A stretch of DNA of 64,000 nt from a virus: positions 1-64,000 of the IMG/VR virus record IMGVR_UViG_3300007512_000009, one strand, 5' to 3'. Below are positions 33,161-42,317 of this stretch, piece by piece. Each line of letters begins with the position of its first letter. The first letter of the stretch is position 1. The notes beneath the pieces are model-generated. The model ran no database searches. It was not told where the DNA came from and saw nothing but the letters and a program-made list of their open reading frames with translations. A program made the position numbers and the translations under genes.

Positions 33161-34639
33161 TTACCACTGATTCGAAGGTATATGAGGGTTATAATCATTT
33201 CTAGAAGACATTGGTGGTTGGGAAAACGAATTATTTTCTATGTGGGTAATTAAATTATTATTATTTGTAGGACTACTAGGAAATATGGTGGGAACGTTAT
33301 CAGCCATTGAAAGTCTTGTATTTTCTCTTTGCAGTTCAAGACCAGTATTTGATGGTACTGATTGAACATCACCACCGAGGCCCAACATGTCCCTGGCCGC
33401 ATCTGCTATGTCATCACCAATCCAAGGTATATGTGTCAACATGTTTATAACATTGTTAATTGACTTTTTCAATTGTGTAAATATCCAACTAAAGAAATCA
33501 CCAACCGCTTCAATAGGAATAGCAACAAGTCCCATGACCAAATTAAATCGGCTTTTTAAAGTTGACCCAATATTACCAAAGAAATCACCAATCAAATCAA
33601 CAAAATTAATGTCTTTTAAGTCTTTAAAAAATTTAGCCGCACCGTCTAAACCTATCCAACCCATCACTGTTTCTAGCAAGCCCAATACTGAATCCATTAC
33701 TAATTCTGGCATACCAACCATCCAATTTAGTAAAAATTGTCCCAAATCTTCAAGTGCACCTGTGATGTCACCAGAAAACAATTTTTGGAATCCACTAATT
33801 AAATTACCAAAAATGCCTTCAAACACTGCGGAAAAATCATCCATCGATATCAGTCCAAAGGTGAAAAATTCTATAATGCTACCTATAAAGTCACCAATAC
33901 CACCTAGTATATCACCGCTTGCAAATTTATCCCAAGAGCGTATGGTTGCTTCTACCAGTGACCATATTATAGAAATCGGTAAAAGAAACTTAGAGAATGC
34001 TTTACCTAATTGGAAAAATACCTTAAATATCTTTCCCATATGTTTAAATTGAGGAGCAATGAATTTAAAAACAAACTTACCTATTTCAATAAATGGTTTA
34101 AGTATTTTACCGATAACCCTAAAAAACTTACCTAGGGCCTTAAAAAATGTACCAACCTTTTGTAGTCTTCCACCTTTAGAAAAAACTGTTAACCATTTAC
34201 CCCATTTGATGTTTGCAATCCACTGGAAAAAACTGTTTATTTTCTTTACCCCAGGCAACTTACTCATAATTGACCCAACCTGACCAAAAATTCCAGCAAC
34301 AATTCCTGCTGCCAATGCAGGTACTGCTAATAAAAGCAGTTTAACAATACCTGTTAAATTAGTATCTTTAAATGGTTGCGTCATCTCTGATTTAGCATCA
34401 AGGAATGCGTCTTGAAAACCTTCAAGAAGATTTAACATAAAACTTTCACGCTCTCTCTTTTCTTCTTTCGCTTTGGTCTTGGACTCTTGGCCCATTTTAC
34501 TAATACCCGCAGAAACTTTTTTAACTTCCTTGGTTTGTTTTGCATCTTCTACATTAAGTGCTTTTTCATTAGCAAGCATAATATTCTTAGTGAATATACT
34601 TGTTATCGATAGATTTTCTGGGTTATTATCATTAGCCAT
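33161..34639 (-). CDS. Tape measure / baseplate hub protein (gp29-like position)
   Basis: 492 aa of amphipathic helical repeats, downstream of gp26/gp51. Confidence 0.7.
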   Translation of the reverse strand: MANDNNPENLSITSIFTKNIMLANEKALNVEDAKQTKEVKKVSAGISKMGQESKTKAKEEKRERESFMLNLLEGFQDAFLDAKSEMTQPFKDTNLTGIVKLLLLAVPALAAGIVAGIFGQVGSIMSKLPGVKKINSFFQWIANIKWGKWLTVFSKGGRLQKVGTFFKALGKFFRVIGKILKPFIEIGKFVFKFIAPQFKHMGKIFKVFFQLGKAFSKFLLPISIIWSLVEATIRSWDKFASGDILGGIGDFIGSIIEFFTFGLISMDDFSAVFEGIFGNLISGFQKLFSGDITGALEDLGQFLLNWMVGMPELVMDSVLGLLETVMGWIGLDGAAKFFKDLKDINFVDLIGDFFGNIGSTLKSRFNLVMGLVAIPIEAVGDFFSWIFTQLKKSINNVINMLTHIPWIGDDIADAARDMLGLGGDVQSVPSNTGLELQRENTRLSMADNVPTIFPSSPTNNNNLITHIENNSFSQPPMSSRNDYNPHIPSNQW

Positions 34640-34645
34640 ACGATT

Positions 34646-34653
34646 TATTTATA
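34646..34653 (-). promoter_or_regulatory. T4-type late promoter (minus strand)
   Basis: TATTTATA 6 nt before the tape-measure ATG. Confidence 0.7.
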
Positions 34654-34655
34654 CC

Positions 34656-34838
34656 TTAAAATTTGTTCTGCTCATTCTTTTTATTTTCTTCTTTAATAAA
34701 TTTAGTTAATAAAGTTATGTATACTTGTCTTTCCCATGGTAACATATTTTCTAAATCATTCAATGAATAGTTGTGGTGTTGCATCATTGAAAAATTTGTT
34801 TGATAATAGTTAATTAACGTATCATGACAAAGACCTAT
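34656..34838 (-). CDS. gp51: Baseplate hub assembly protein gp51 reading frame (not in ORF track; no ATG at the expected start)
   Basis: IGLCHDTLINYYQTNFSMMQHHNYSLNDLENMLPWERQVY...; lies in the -1 frame relative to gp26. Confidence 0.8.
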   Translation of the reverse strand: MGLCHDTLINYYQTNFSMMQHHNYSLNDLENMLPWERQVYITLLTKFIKEENKKNEQNKF

Positions 34839-35530
34839 GCGAAAAAATCCTGTAGTTTCTCCATTGTAACTGAATTTTCATTTAAACAACTATCACATTT
34901 GAAATTTATCACTTTTTGCATTTTAGGCATCGTTTCAAAGAATTTTTGTATCTTCTCAAATTGCAAGTGGTTAAGACTATCTACGAAATCTGATAGTTCT
35001 TCATCTGTAGAATCTTTTGCCTCATGAACTGTTTTAGCATCATAAATCTTGTCTATGCACATATTTACCACTTTAAGAGGGTTTTCCTTCATGTTTGGTG
35101 AATCAAGCATACCAAAAGTAGGATATCTCATAACAACACCAATGTCATCAGTCAGTTGAATTTTGCTGTCATGACCTTCAGTTTTAATAACACCGACATC
35201 AGAAAGGTTTACTCCGACAAGACATTCATGTTCACATTTTTCACACTTTAACTTTAGTTTGACCGTTTCACCTACCGATTTCGACCTCAAATTTAAAAAT
35301 AGATATTCAATATCAAAAACGGGTAGTGTTTGAACATCAACGTCATCACTTTCTATACAGTTATTAATGATGGTTTTAACTGCATTTGCTAATTCTCTGT
35401 CATCTTCCGATTCAACGGCCATCAATAAAATTTTTTCTTCTTTAACCAAAAACGGTCTATAGTTAATTGTATCACCGTTAGACGGTAATTTTAGACTGTA
35501 TTTTGGTGTTGCAACTTTTGGTAGTGCCAT
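34835..35530 (-). CDS. gp26: Baseplate hub assembly protein / tail assembly chaperone
   Basis: MALPK...YRPFLVKEEKILL...DIEYLFLNLRSKSVGE...LQDFFA. Confidence 0.93.
   Translation of the reverse strand: MALPKVATPKYSLKLPSNGDTINYRPFLVKEEKILLMAVESEDDRELANAVKTIINNCIESDDVDVQTLPVFDIEYLFLNLRSKSVGETVKLKLKCEKCEHECLVGVNLSDVGVIKTEGHDSKIQLTDDIGVVMRYPTFGMLDSPNMKENPLKVVNMCIDKIYDAKTVHEAKDSTDEELSDFVDSLNHLQFEKIQKFFETMPKMQKVINFKCDSCLNENSVTMEKLQDFFA
34841..34847 (-). promoter_or_regulatory. Candidate -1 slippery heptamer T TTT TTC
   Basis: gp26 ends GAT TTT TTC GCA TAG; a -1 shift enters the gp51 frame. Confidence 0.55.
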
Positions 35531-35550
35531 ACTATATCATCTCCTATAAA

Positions 35551-36303
35551 TTATAACCAATTACCCATACCCCCAATGTTGAAGCCAGTTATCTCCTGTA
35601 AAGTAGCCGCTCCACCATCTGCCCAAACCTCAAACAATTGTGAAAAGTTGAATGGATTACCATACTCTCCACCTAAAATTCCTAACTCCTGCAGAGTACC
35701 ACCCAGACCTTCGTCGAAATTTCTTACTGCAGGTACATCATATAAAAACTCTGCGGCCACTGCACCACCAAAAGAAATAATGGTGGGTACATACCTTCTG
35801 AATGCTAGGGTGACTGATTGTTGAGCAATAGCACCACCACCTTCATTGCTGAGCGTTAATTCACCGATTGCTTTAGGGAACACTTCTTCTACCCTTATTC
35901 GATAAATGGGCATATCAAACTCATTGAGTACGTATATGTACATATCACATTTGTAGTCATCATAATAGGCAAGTCTACCACTTCTTGGGTCTACTATACC
36001 ATCCATCCAAGTTTCAAAAACCCTTCTCTCCCACATATCTTTACCCAAAAATAAATTCAATGTTATTTCTGAACCATAAAGTGAATCATATGGTATCTCT
36101 CTTGAAGGCCCTGCATAATTTTTATCGGGTGCGGTGGCAATTGACCTGCCGGGCGCTGAAACTGAATTACACATTAAACTCATCCTGTTGCCCTGAGCGA
36201 AGTCGGAAATACCTAAAAATCCACTAAATTCAATTAAGTATTTGTTTGGTGTAAATACACCAAACTTCTTTATATTATTTATCATTCTATCTATTCTTGG
36301 CAT
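35551..36303 (-). CDS. Tail-tube-fold baseplate/tube initiator (gp54/gp19-like)
   Basis: LMCNSVSAPGRSI...FETWMDGI...Y...VEEVFPKAIG...V.LAFR. Confidence 0.8.
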   Translation of the reverse strand: MPRIDRMINNIKKFGVFTPNKYLIEFSGFLGISDFAQGNRMSLMCNSVSAPGRSIATAPDKNYAGPSREIPYDSLYGSEITLNLFLGKDMWERRVFETWMDGIVDPRSGRLAYYDDYKCDMYIYVLNEFDMPIYRIRVEEVFPKAIGELTLSNEGGGAIAQQSVTLAFRRYVPTIISFGGAVAAEFLYDVPAVRNFDEGLGGTLQELGILGGEYGNPFNFSQLFEVWADGGAATLQEITGFNIGGMGNWL

Positions 36304-36317
36304 GTTTATTCTCTAAG

Positions 36318-36325
36318 TATTTATA
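36318..36325 (-). promoter_or_regulatory. T4-type late promoter (minus strand)
   Basis: TATTTATA upstream of 36303. Confidence 0.7.
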
Positions 36326-36329
36326 ACAA

Positions 36330-36971
36330 CTACCGCAAACTATCCATAACATCGTCATGACTTTTCTTCCAGACTCTTTGTTTAGACCATTTCTTAAATT
36401 GTTCAGTTGGCAATCGTATTGCTGAGTTCCAATCGGGAGAAGGTATTAATAACATTTCCGACCTGAACCTAGTCCTTAGGTATTTTTTAAAACAGGGTTT
36501 ATACCATTTTAACCTTGATGCACTCTTTAACCAGTCATATGTAACCCTGAGTCTTGTGAACTCATCATATTGGGTGTTATTTGAATAGTCATCCAAATGG
36601 TTTAATAGTATTTGTCTATATCTTGGTGCAATGTAGTGTAGGTTAAGACCCGTGATGTATGTTTTAGTCACGTCCAAGGTTATGACAAGAGGGAAGGTGT
36701 CGTAGTATTTAAGTGTGGCCCTACCCTTAGGTAGATATCTGAAAGTAAACATTTTACCAGTCTGGTCACCAGAAACAAGACTTCTTAAAGAAGTCTGAGG
36801 GCCTTTTTTAATATGTGATGCCTGTGCAACATCATCATATCCATATTTTTTACCTTCTGAGATTCTGCTAACAGTATCTTTGAACCATCTCCATGATTGT
36901 TTGGTTTCTGGGTCAACCTCAGACATAGAGGAAAGAGTTTTAAGTTTACCAAATGGATTCCGTTTAGCCAT
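36330..36971 (-). CDS. gp2: DNA end protector protein
   Basis: GKMFTFRY...YYDTFPLV...GLNLHY...CFKKYL...LPTEQF. Confidence 0.92.
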   Translation of the reverse strand: MAKRNPFGKLKTLSSMSEVDPETKQSWRWFKDTVSRISEGKKYGYDDVAQASHIKKGPQTSLRSLVSGDQTGKMFTFRYLPKGRATLKYYDTFPLVITLDVTKTYITGLNLHYIAPRYRQILLNHLDDYSNNTQYDEFTRLRVTYDWLKSASRLKWYKPCFKKYLRTRFRSEMLLIPSPDWNSAIRLPTEQFKKWSKQRVWKKSHDDVMDSLR

Positions 36972-37425
36972 GTTTCTTTTTTTTATTTCCTTTTTTATAT
37001 AACACGTCTTCTGTTAAAATCTTAAAGTTCCATCCCTTGTTTTCAGCAAATTCTCTGGCTGCTTTCCATTTAGCACTGTTAACACCCCATCTCATAACTT
37101 CTGTTATATACCTTCTAGTAGGTTTTTCTCTCTTTTCTGGTGCTTTGCACTGTGCTTTTGGTTTAACTTCAATCAAAGTTATTTCTTTAAAACCCTTTTT
37201 ATTTATTGTTTCAACTATGAAATCAACAAAATACCTGTGTATTTTGTTGTCTTTCGGTGATTTATATGGAACAACCACCTCTTCTGAACCCCAGTTTAAA
37301 ACTGAACTGGTGCTGTCACAAAAAACCATAAATCGTCTTTCCCATAAAGACCTATATACCACTTTGGTTGGGTCACCTAGATATTTTGAAGGATTTTTTA
37401 CTCTGTATTTTCCCTTATATGCCAT
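36964..37425 (-). CDS. gp4: Head completion nuclease
   Basis: MAYKGKY...KYLGDPTKVVYRSLWE...WGSEE...YFVDF...EVKP...KWKAA. Confidence 0.95.
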   Translation of the reverse strand: MAYKGKYRVKNPSKYLGDPTKVVYRSLWERRFMVFCDSTSSVLNWGSEEVVVPYKSPKDNKIHRYFVDFIVETINKKGFKEITLIEVKPKAQCKAPEKREKPTRRYITEVMRWGVNSAKWKAAREFAENKGWNFKILTEDVLYKKGNKKKKHG

Positions 37426-37436
37426 AATCTATATTT

Positions 37437-37481
37437 TATTTATAAATAACTATAGGTATTTCTGTATATGCTTTATAAATA
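37437..37481. promoter_or_regulatory. Overlapping divergent late promoters (TATTTATAAATA) plus a second TATAAATA
   Basis: Minus octamer 37437-37444, plus octamers 37441-37448 and 37474-37481, between divergent gp4 and gp48. Confidence 0.75.
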
Positions 37482-37499
37482 AACTGGGAGTTATTATAA

Positions 37500-38651
37500 A
37501 TGGTAGATAATCAAGACGTACAAGCAAGTGGTGGTATTTTTGGACAATTGTCTGATGCTGTTACTGGGACACTTGCAGATTTAGGTAATCTAGGTTTAGA
37601 CCAAATGGCTGCCTCAGGTAATTTAGATAACTGGGATGGTCAAAACCCCACCAACCTAGAATATCCACCAACGATGCATTCTAATCCTAATGAGGGTAAC
37701 ATTATTTTGTTTAAAATGTGGAATAAAAAGAGTGCTAAATTTAGTGGTACTCAATTTTCTACCAGAAATTTTGTAGAAACTGAGACTGAGCAAATAGATA
37801 ATTTAAGCCAAGGGTCATGTCCCGCTTGTCATCAATATTCAAATTCTTCAGTATTTTCACACGATTTTGGTGCAAATTGTAACGAGGTAACTAATGAAAC
37901 TGTTGTTGAAGAAACAAGAGAATTAGTTGAAGATACTAGGTTAGGTAAAGCAACAGAAGAATCTAAAGATACTATTGCACTTTTTATGCCTAGAGGACTT
38001 AAAAATTCTGATACTATTGAATACTCTGATGTAGATTTTGGTCTTATCAAGGGTATTATGGAAGGAAATTTAGCATCTTTAATTCCAGGCATGGCACAAA
38101 AGGCAGCAGGTCTTGTTGATGGTCTTGCTCAGATAACTAACACCGAATTGAATACATCATCTGCAATAAACGCAATAACGGGTGCTGTTAGAAACCCTAG
38201 ACAAGAGCAGTTATTCAACGGTGTTGGATTCAGAACTTTTGATTTCACCTTCAATTTCTTTCCTAAGAATGCAAATGAATCTTTATTAGTTAAACAGATA
38301 TGTGATGTTTTTAGATTTCATGCTTATCCAGAATCTGTTGGTGCTAATGCTTTTTGGCGATTTCCTTCAGAATTTGAAATTAAATTTGCAAACTTAACTG
38401 TTCCTACAGCAAACCCATGGCAGCAAATACAAGGTCTATTTGGTGTAGGAGATGACGATGTTGAACAAATACAAGAAAATTATTGGATTAATCGAGTAGG
38501 CAGATGTGTTTTAACCAGTGTTAATGTAGAATATTTTCCGAATGATGCAATGTCTACATTTAGAAGTGGTGCACCTACTGCAGTAAATCTTAGTCTTACC
38601 TTCCAAGAAATGCATCAAATGGATAGGGCAGCAATAAAATTAGGTTATTAA
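37500..38651 (+). CDS. gp48: Baseplate tail tube cap
   Basis: IALFMP...NPRQEQLFNGVGFRTFDFTFNFFP...FPSEFEI...CVLTSVNVEY...LTFQE. Confidence 0.9.
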   Translation: MVDNQDVQASGGIFGQLSDAVTGTLADLGNLGLDQMAASGNLDNWDGQNPTNLEYPPTMHSNPNEGNIILFKMWNKKSAKFSGTQFSTRNFVETETEQIDNLSQGSCPACHQYSNSSVFSHDFGANCNEVTNETVVEETRELVEDTRLGKATEESKDTIALFMPRGLKNSDTIEYSDVDFGLIKGIMEGNLASLIPGMAQKAAGLVDGLAQITNTELNTSSAINAITGAVRNPRQEQLFNGVGFRTFDFTFNFFPKNANESLLVKQICDVFRFHAYPESVGANAFWRFPSEFEIKFANLTVPTANPWQQIQGLFGVGDDDVEQIQENYWINRVGRCVLTSVNVEYFPNDAMSTFRSGAPTAVNLSLTFQEMHQMDRAAIKLGY

Positions 38652-38652
38652 T

Positions 38653-39579
38653 ATGGTTTATTTTAGTAAATTTCCAAGAGTAAACTACACCTTTGATAAT
38701 GGTAAAACCAATAAAATGGCCATTGACATTATGAAAAGAGTGGGGTTTAAAAGCACTACCAAGGCCAACGCAGGTATGTTTGCTGAGCATAATGTTATGG
38801 ATGGTGATACACCAGAAATGCTAGCACATAAAATCTATGGTAGTTCCGAACTACACTGGGTCATTTTGCTTTTTAATGACATTATTAACCCTGACTATGA
38901 CTGGCCAATGTCTAGTAGAAAATTGGAAAGTTTCATTAAGAAAAAGTATCCAGGCAAGGCATTTTTTGTTACAGATGAAAGCGGTGGAACAGGAACTTTT
39001 GCTGATGTACATTTTGAGAGAAATTGGACTGTTCTTGGTATAGATGGTAATACATATGATGATTTACAAAAAACATCTTATGGTCAAACAAATGCGGCCT
39101 TGATACATAGATGGAATAAGAGTCTTTCAAAACTAGAAGTGACAGGTGTTTCAGGTACTTTTTCTACAGGTGACTATATTGTTGCTATTGGCACTTCTGC
39201 AGACGGTTCTACATATAATGTCGGTGCATATCTTGCTAGGGTCGTTGACCAAAACCATGCATCAGTACATCATTTTGAAAATTCAATAGATAAAACTATA
39301 CTTAATCCACTTGGTGCACCACCAACTGGTGGTACTGGGGAACAAGCAGTTGTTGGTCATACCGCTGGCGGACAGACCATTGGTACAACAGGTGATAATT
39401 CAACATATGATGATACTTTATTGCAAAACTATATTGTCGGTTTAACCGACACATATACTAAAACCAATTTTGAATACGAAACAGAAGAAAATGAAAAGAA
39501 AAGAACAATTAAATTGGTTAGGCCAGATTATATAGCCAAAGTGGTTAGAGAATTTGAAGCATTGATGAGGAGTAGATAA
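38653..39579 (+). CDS. gp53: Baseplate wedge subunit with insertion
   Basis: YFSKFP...DGDTPEMLAHKIYG...HWVILLFN...DWP...NFEYE..EN..KR.I. Confidence 0.9.
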   Translation: MVYFSKFPRVNYTFDNGKTNKMAIDIMKRVGFKSTTKANAGMFAEHNVMDGDTPEMLAHKIYGSSELHWVILLFNDIINPDYDWPMSSRKLESFIKKKYPGKAFFVTDESGGTGTFADVHFERNWTVLGIDGNTYDDLQKTSYGQTNAALIHRWNKSLSKLEVTGVSGTFSTGDYIVAIGTSADGSTYNVGAYLARVVDQNHASVHHFENSIDKTILNPLGAPPTGGTGEQAVVGHTAGGQTIGTTGDNSTYDDTLLQNYIVGLTDTYTKTNFEYETEENEKKRTIKLVRPDYIAKVVREFEALMRSR

Positions 39580-39581
39580 TC

Positions 39582-41111
39582 TTGCCTAAAGAACACGACT
39601 CATATGAAATATTAAATGATGTTGTAATTGGTAAGGTTGAACTTATCTCAGATAACGGTGGTGCATTAAATGTTACAGATATGGTAAAACATATCAGCAT
39701 TTACGAAGACATAAAAAAACCATATCTAACTGGCTATGTTTACATACAGGATGCTATGAATATTAGTAAACATCTTCCTATAACTGGACATGAAACGTTA
39801 TTGATAGACTTTAAAACGCCAGGTATTGAAAATTCGCAATATATTACCCTTGAGATGGATGTGTTTTCTGTTACTGATAGAACCCGAACGAAAAACGATA
39901 GAGCAGAAATGTATAAGTTGAATTTCTCTTCGAAAATACGAAAAATCAACGAACAAATAAGGATAAACCAAAACTTTAAAGGTTCATGTTCCAGTGTGAT
40001 TAGTCGACTAATAGAAAACATCTTTCCAAAAGACACAATATTTAACATTGAACCAACCCAATATGACTTTGATTTTGTAATACCAAATTTAAAACCACTG
40101 GATACAATTGAGTTTATCTCTAAGAAGGCAATTTCTTGTACCCCACCACACAATGCTAACTTCATGCATTATGAATCAATGGTTGATGGTCAAGTTTTCG
40201 TGTCTTTAGGATTTCTTACAAATAACGATGTGGTAAGAAATTATGAAATGAGAACCAGTGGTTATTACGGAGATAATCTTCTTAAACAAAGATTTAATAT
40301 ACAAGATTTTGAACTAGTTGGCGATTTTAATAGGTATGAAGACTTATCCAATGGTGTTTACATGAGTACCTTAGTTACCCATGACATAACCACAAAACAA
40401 ATAAAAACCTACCGACAGACTGGTGCTCATCATGAGAGTGACACTATTGAGGAGTATGGTATATTACCCCAAAAAAGCAAGTGGACTAGTGTATCTGTTG
40501 TAAATATGGGTTTAGACCACGTAGGTCCAACATATTTTAGGCCTAAACAAATGTACGCATATACTGGTGACATGGGTGCACCAACATCAAATAATCCCAG
40601 CCCTACATGGTATTATAAAGAAGACGGACAATATTTTTTTAGCGACGATGGTAAATTGCTTGACCAAGAATCAGTTGATATGATTGAAGAGGGTAGTGAC
40701 ATTACAATGCGTGAAAACAATTCAGTTAATTTCAACCCAGAAGATTATCTTCTGAAAAATAGAATGACCTCTGGTGCACTTGGTAATACTAGGATAAATA
40801 TAAGGGTAGCGGGTGATTCAACATTAACTTCAGGTATGATAGTAAGCATAAAAGTACCTTCAACTGAACCCTTAGACAAAGATAGTACCGAGTGGTGGGA
40901 CCCATATTATAGTGGTAAGTATATGATTACCGCAATTAGACATTTAATTGATAACATTGGTGGTGGATATACTAGCATTTTAGAGTTATCTAGAGATTCG
41001 TTACCCAATAAAATACCAGACAAAAAGACTTTCGATTTAGGTGAGGATTATAATGAATCTGCATGGCGTAGAGTAGAAGAATTACAACAAGGTAATCTTT
41101 TAGGAATATAA
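39582..41111 (+). CDS. Baseplate hub protein (gp27-like)
   Basis: TTG start; I.IYEDI...LTG...D...LPITGHE; C-terminal GDS.LTSG...SGKYMITAIRH; position before gp5. Confidence 0.75.
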   Translation: MPKEHDSYEILNDVVIGKVELISDNGGALNVTDMVKHISIYEDIKKPYLTGYVYIQDAMNISKHLPITGHETLLIDFKTPGIENSQYITLEMDVFSVTDRTRTKNDRAEMYKLNFSSKIRKINEQIRINQNFKGSCSSVISRLIENIFPKDTIFNIEPTQYDFDFVIPNLKPLDTIEFISKKAISCTPPHNANFMHYESMVDGQVFVSLGFLTNNDVVRNYEMRTSGYYGDNLLKQRFNIQDFELVGDFNRYEDLSNGVYMSTLVTHDITTKQIKTYRQTGAHHESDTIEEYGILPQKSKWTSVSVVNMGLDHVGPTYFRPKQMYAYTGDMGAPTSNNPSPTWYYKEDGQYFFSDDGKLLDQESVDMIEEGSDITMRENNSVNFNPEDYLLKNRMTSGALGNTRINIRVAGDSTLTSGMIVSIKVPSTEPLDKDSTEWWDPYYSGKYMITAIRHLIDNIGGGYTSILELSRDSLPNKIPDKKTFDLGEDYNESAWRRVEELQQGNLLGI

Positions 41112-41114
41112 CTT

Positions 41115-42314
41115 ATGAGGAAAGAGTTAACAGATGAATTAGGATTTGCTTGGTTTCAAGGAGTTGTTGAAGATAGAAACGACCCATTGATGCTTGGTAG
41201 ATGTCGTGTCAGATGTCTGGGTTTTCATACTATGAACAAAGATAGCCTTCCCACAAAAGATTTACCGTGGGCACATCCTATGAGTCCAATTACATCTGCA
41301 TCTATGAATGGTATAGGTCAAACACCTTTGGGTATGGTGGAGGGAACATGGGTAATAGGTTTCTTCCGTGATGGATTCGAGAAACAACAACCAATAATAA
41401 TAGGTACTTTGCCTGGTATCCCGCAGGAAGTATCGAATCCTGAATATGGTTTCAATGACCCTACAGGTACATATCCTAAAGACGATTACATTTTCGAGCC
41501 TGATACTAATAGACTCGCTAGGGGCATAACTAAAGATACCATTGTAGAAACTAAGATGGATAATTTGGATATAATGGACGAGGCTACATCCACAGGTGTA
41601 TCAAGCACCGTTCAAGAACCTTACTATGATAGTGCTTCTTTATATCCATTCTCTCATGTTACAGAAACAGAAAGCGGTCACATCGTACAAATGGATGATA
41701 CCCCAGGCAACGAAAGAATAAACATACATCACAAATCTGGTGCTTTCATAGAAATACTACCAGATGGTTCTATGGTTAGAAAATCTGCGGGTGAAAACGG
41801 ACTAGACTGGGTTACCGTAAATAACCAATATGTGCATGTTAAGGGTAATCAAAATATTACAGTAGATGGTAATGCAAACATTTATATTAAGAATGACTCC
41901 TACACAAAAACAGATGGTAATAGTAGGGTGGATGTAGTGGGTAATTATGAGTTAAATGTGGGTGGTGTCGCAACATTCAATGCCGGTAGTGGTAATTCTG
42001 TTATTAATATGGAAACTGGCTCTTTAAATATAGATAACGCTACTGGTATAAATCTAAACGGTGGTGGTGTGGGTAGTAATGTGTTTAGTGATGGTGAACC
42101 CTCTGACGAATCACCGATTATAATATTACCACCAGAGGGTTGGGAGTATCCTGATGGTGATGGTGGTGATAATTGGCAATCATTACATGAAGTTACTCCA
42201 GAATCCGTAGGATTCCCAGAAAATCCAGAAGTCGGTGACGAAACAACATTAGCAAATGGGAATAGTTATGTTTGGACTGGTGAAGAATTCGGGGGTTGGG
42301 TAGAATTGGAATAA
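41115..42314 (+). CDS. gp5: Baseplate central spike, no lysozyme domain
   Basis: WFQGVVEDRNDPLMLGRCRVR...LPWA OB fold; YP..HV..TESGH..QMDDTPGNERI; beta-helix repeats. Confidence 0.93.
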   Translation: MRKELTDELGFAWFQGVVEDRNDPLMLGRCRVRCLGFHTMNKDSLPTKDLPWAHPMSPITSASMNGIGQTPLGMVEGTWVIGFFRDGFEKQQPIIIGTLPGIPQEVSNPEYGFNDPTGTYPKDDYIFEPDTNRLARGITKDTIVETKMDNLDIMDEATSTGVSSTVQEPYYDSASLYPFSHVTETESGHIVQMDDTPGNERINIHHKSGAFIEILPDGSMVRKSAGENGLDWVTVNNQYVHVKGNQNITVDGNANIYIKNDSYTKTDGNSRVDVVGNYELNVGGVATFNAGSGNSVINMETGSLNIDNATGINLNGGGVGSNVFSDGEPSDESPIIILPPEGWEYPDGDGGDNWQSLHEVTPESVGFPENPEVGDETTLANGNSYVWTGEEFGGWVELE

Positions 42315-42317
42315 GAT

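Noticed and set aside
33387-34052. 221-aa plus-strand ORF
   Set aside because: Antisense shadow of the tape-measure gene.
35551-36303. Major tail tube gene gp19
   Set aside because: Tube fold, but the position beside gp2 and gp26 and the C-terminal extension fit the gp54-like initiator. gp18/gp19 normally follow the terminase, beyond this window.
36964-37425. TnsA-like transposase / mobile element
   Set aside because: Sequence and position next to gp2 and gp48 identify it as head completion protein gp4. No terminal repeats.
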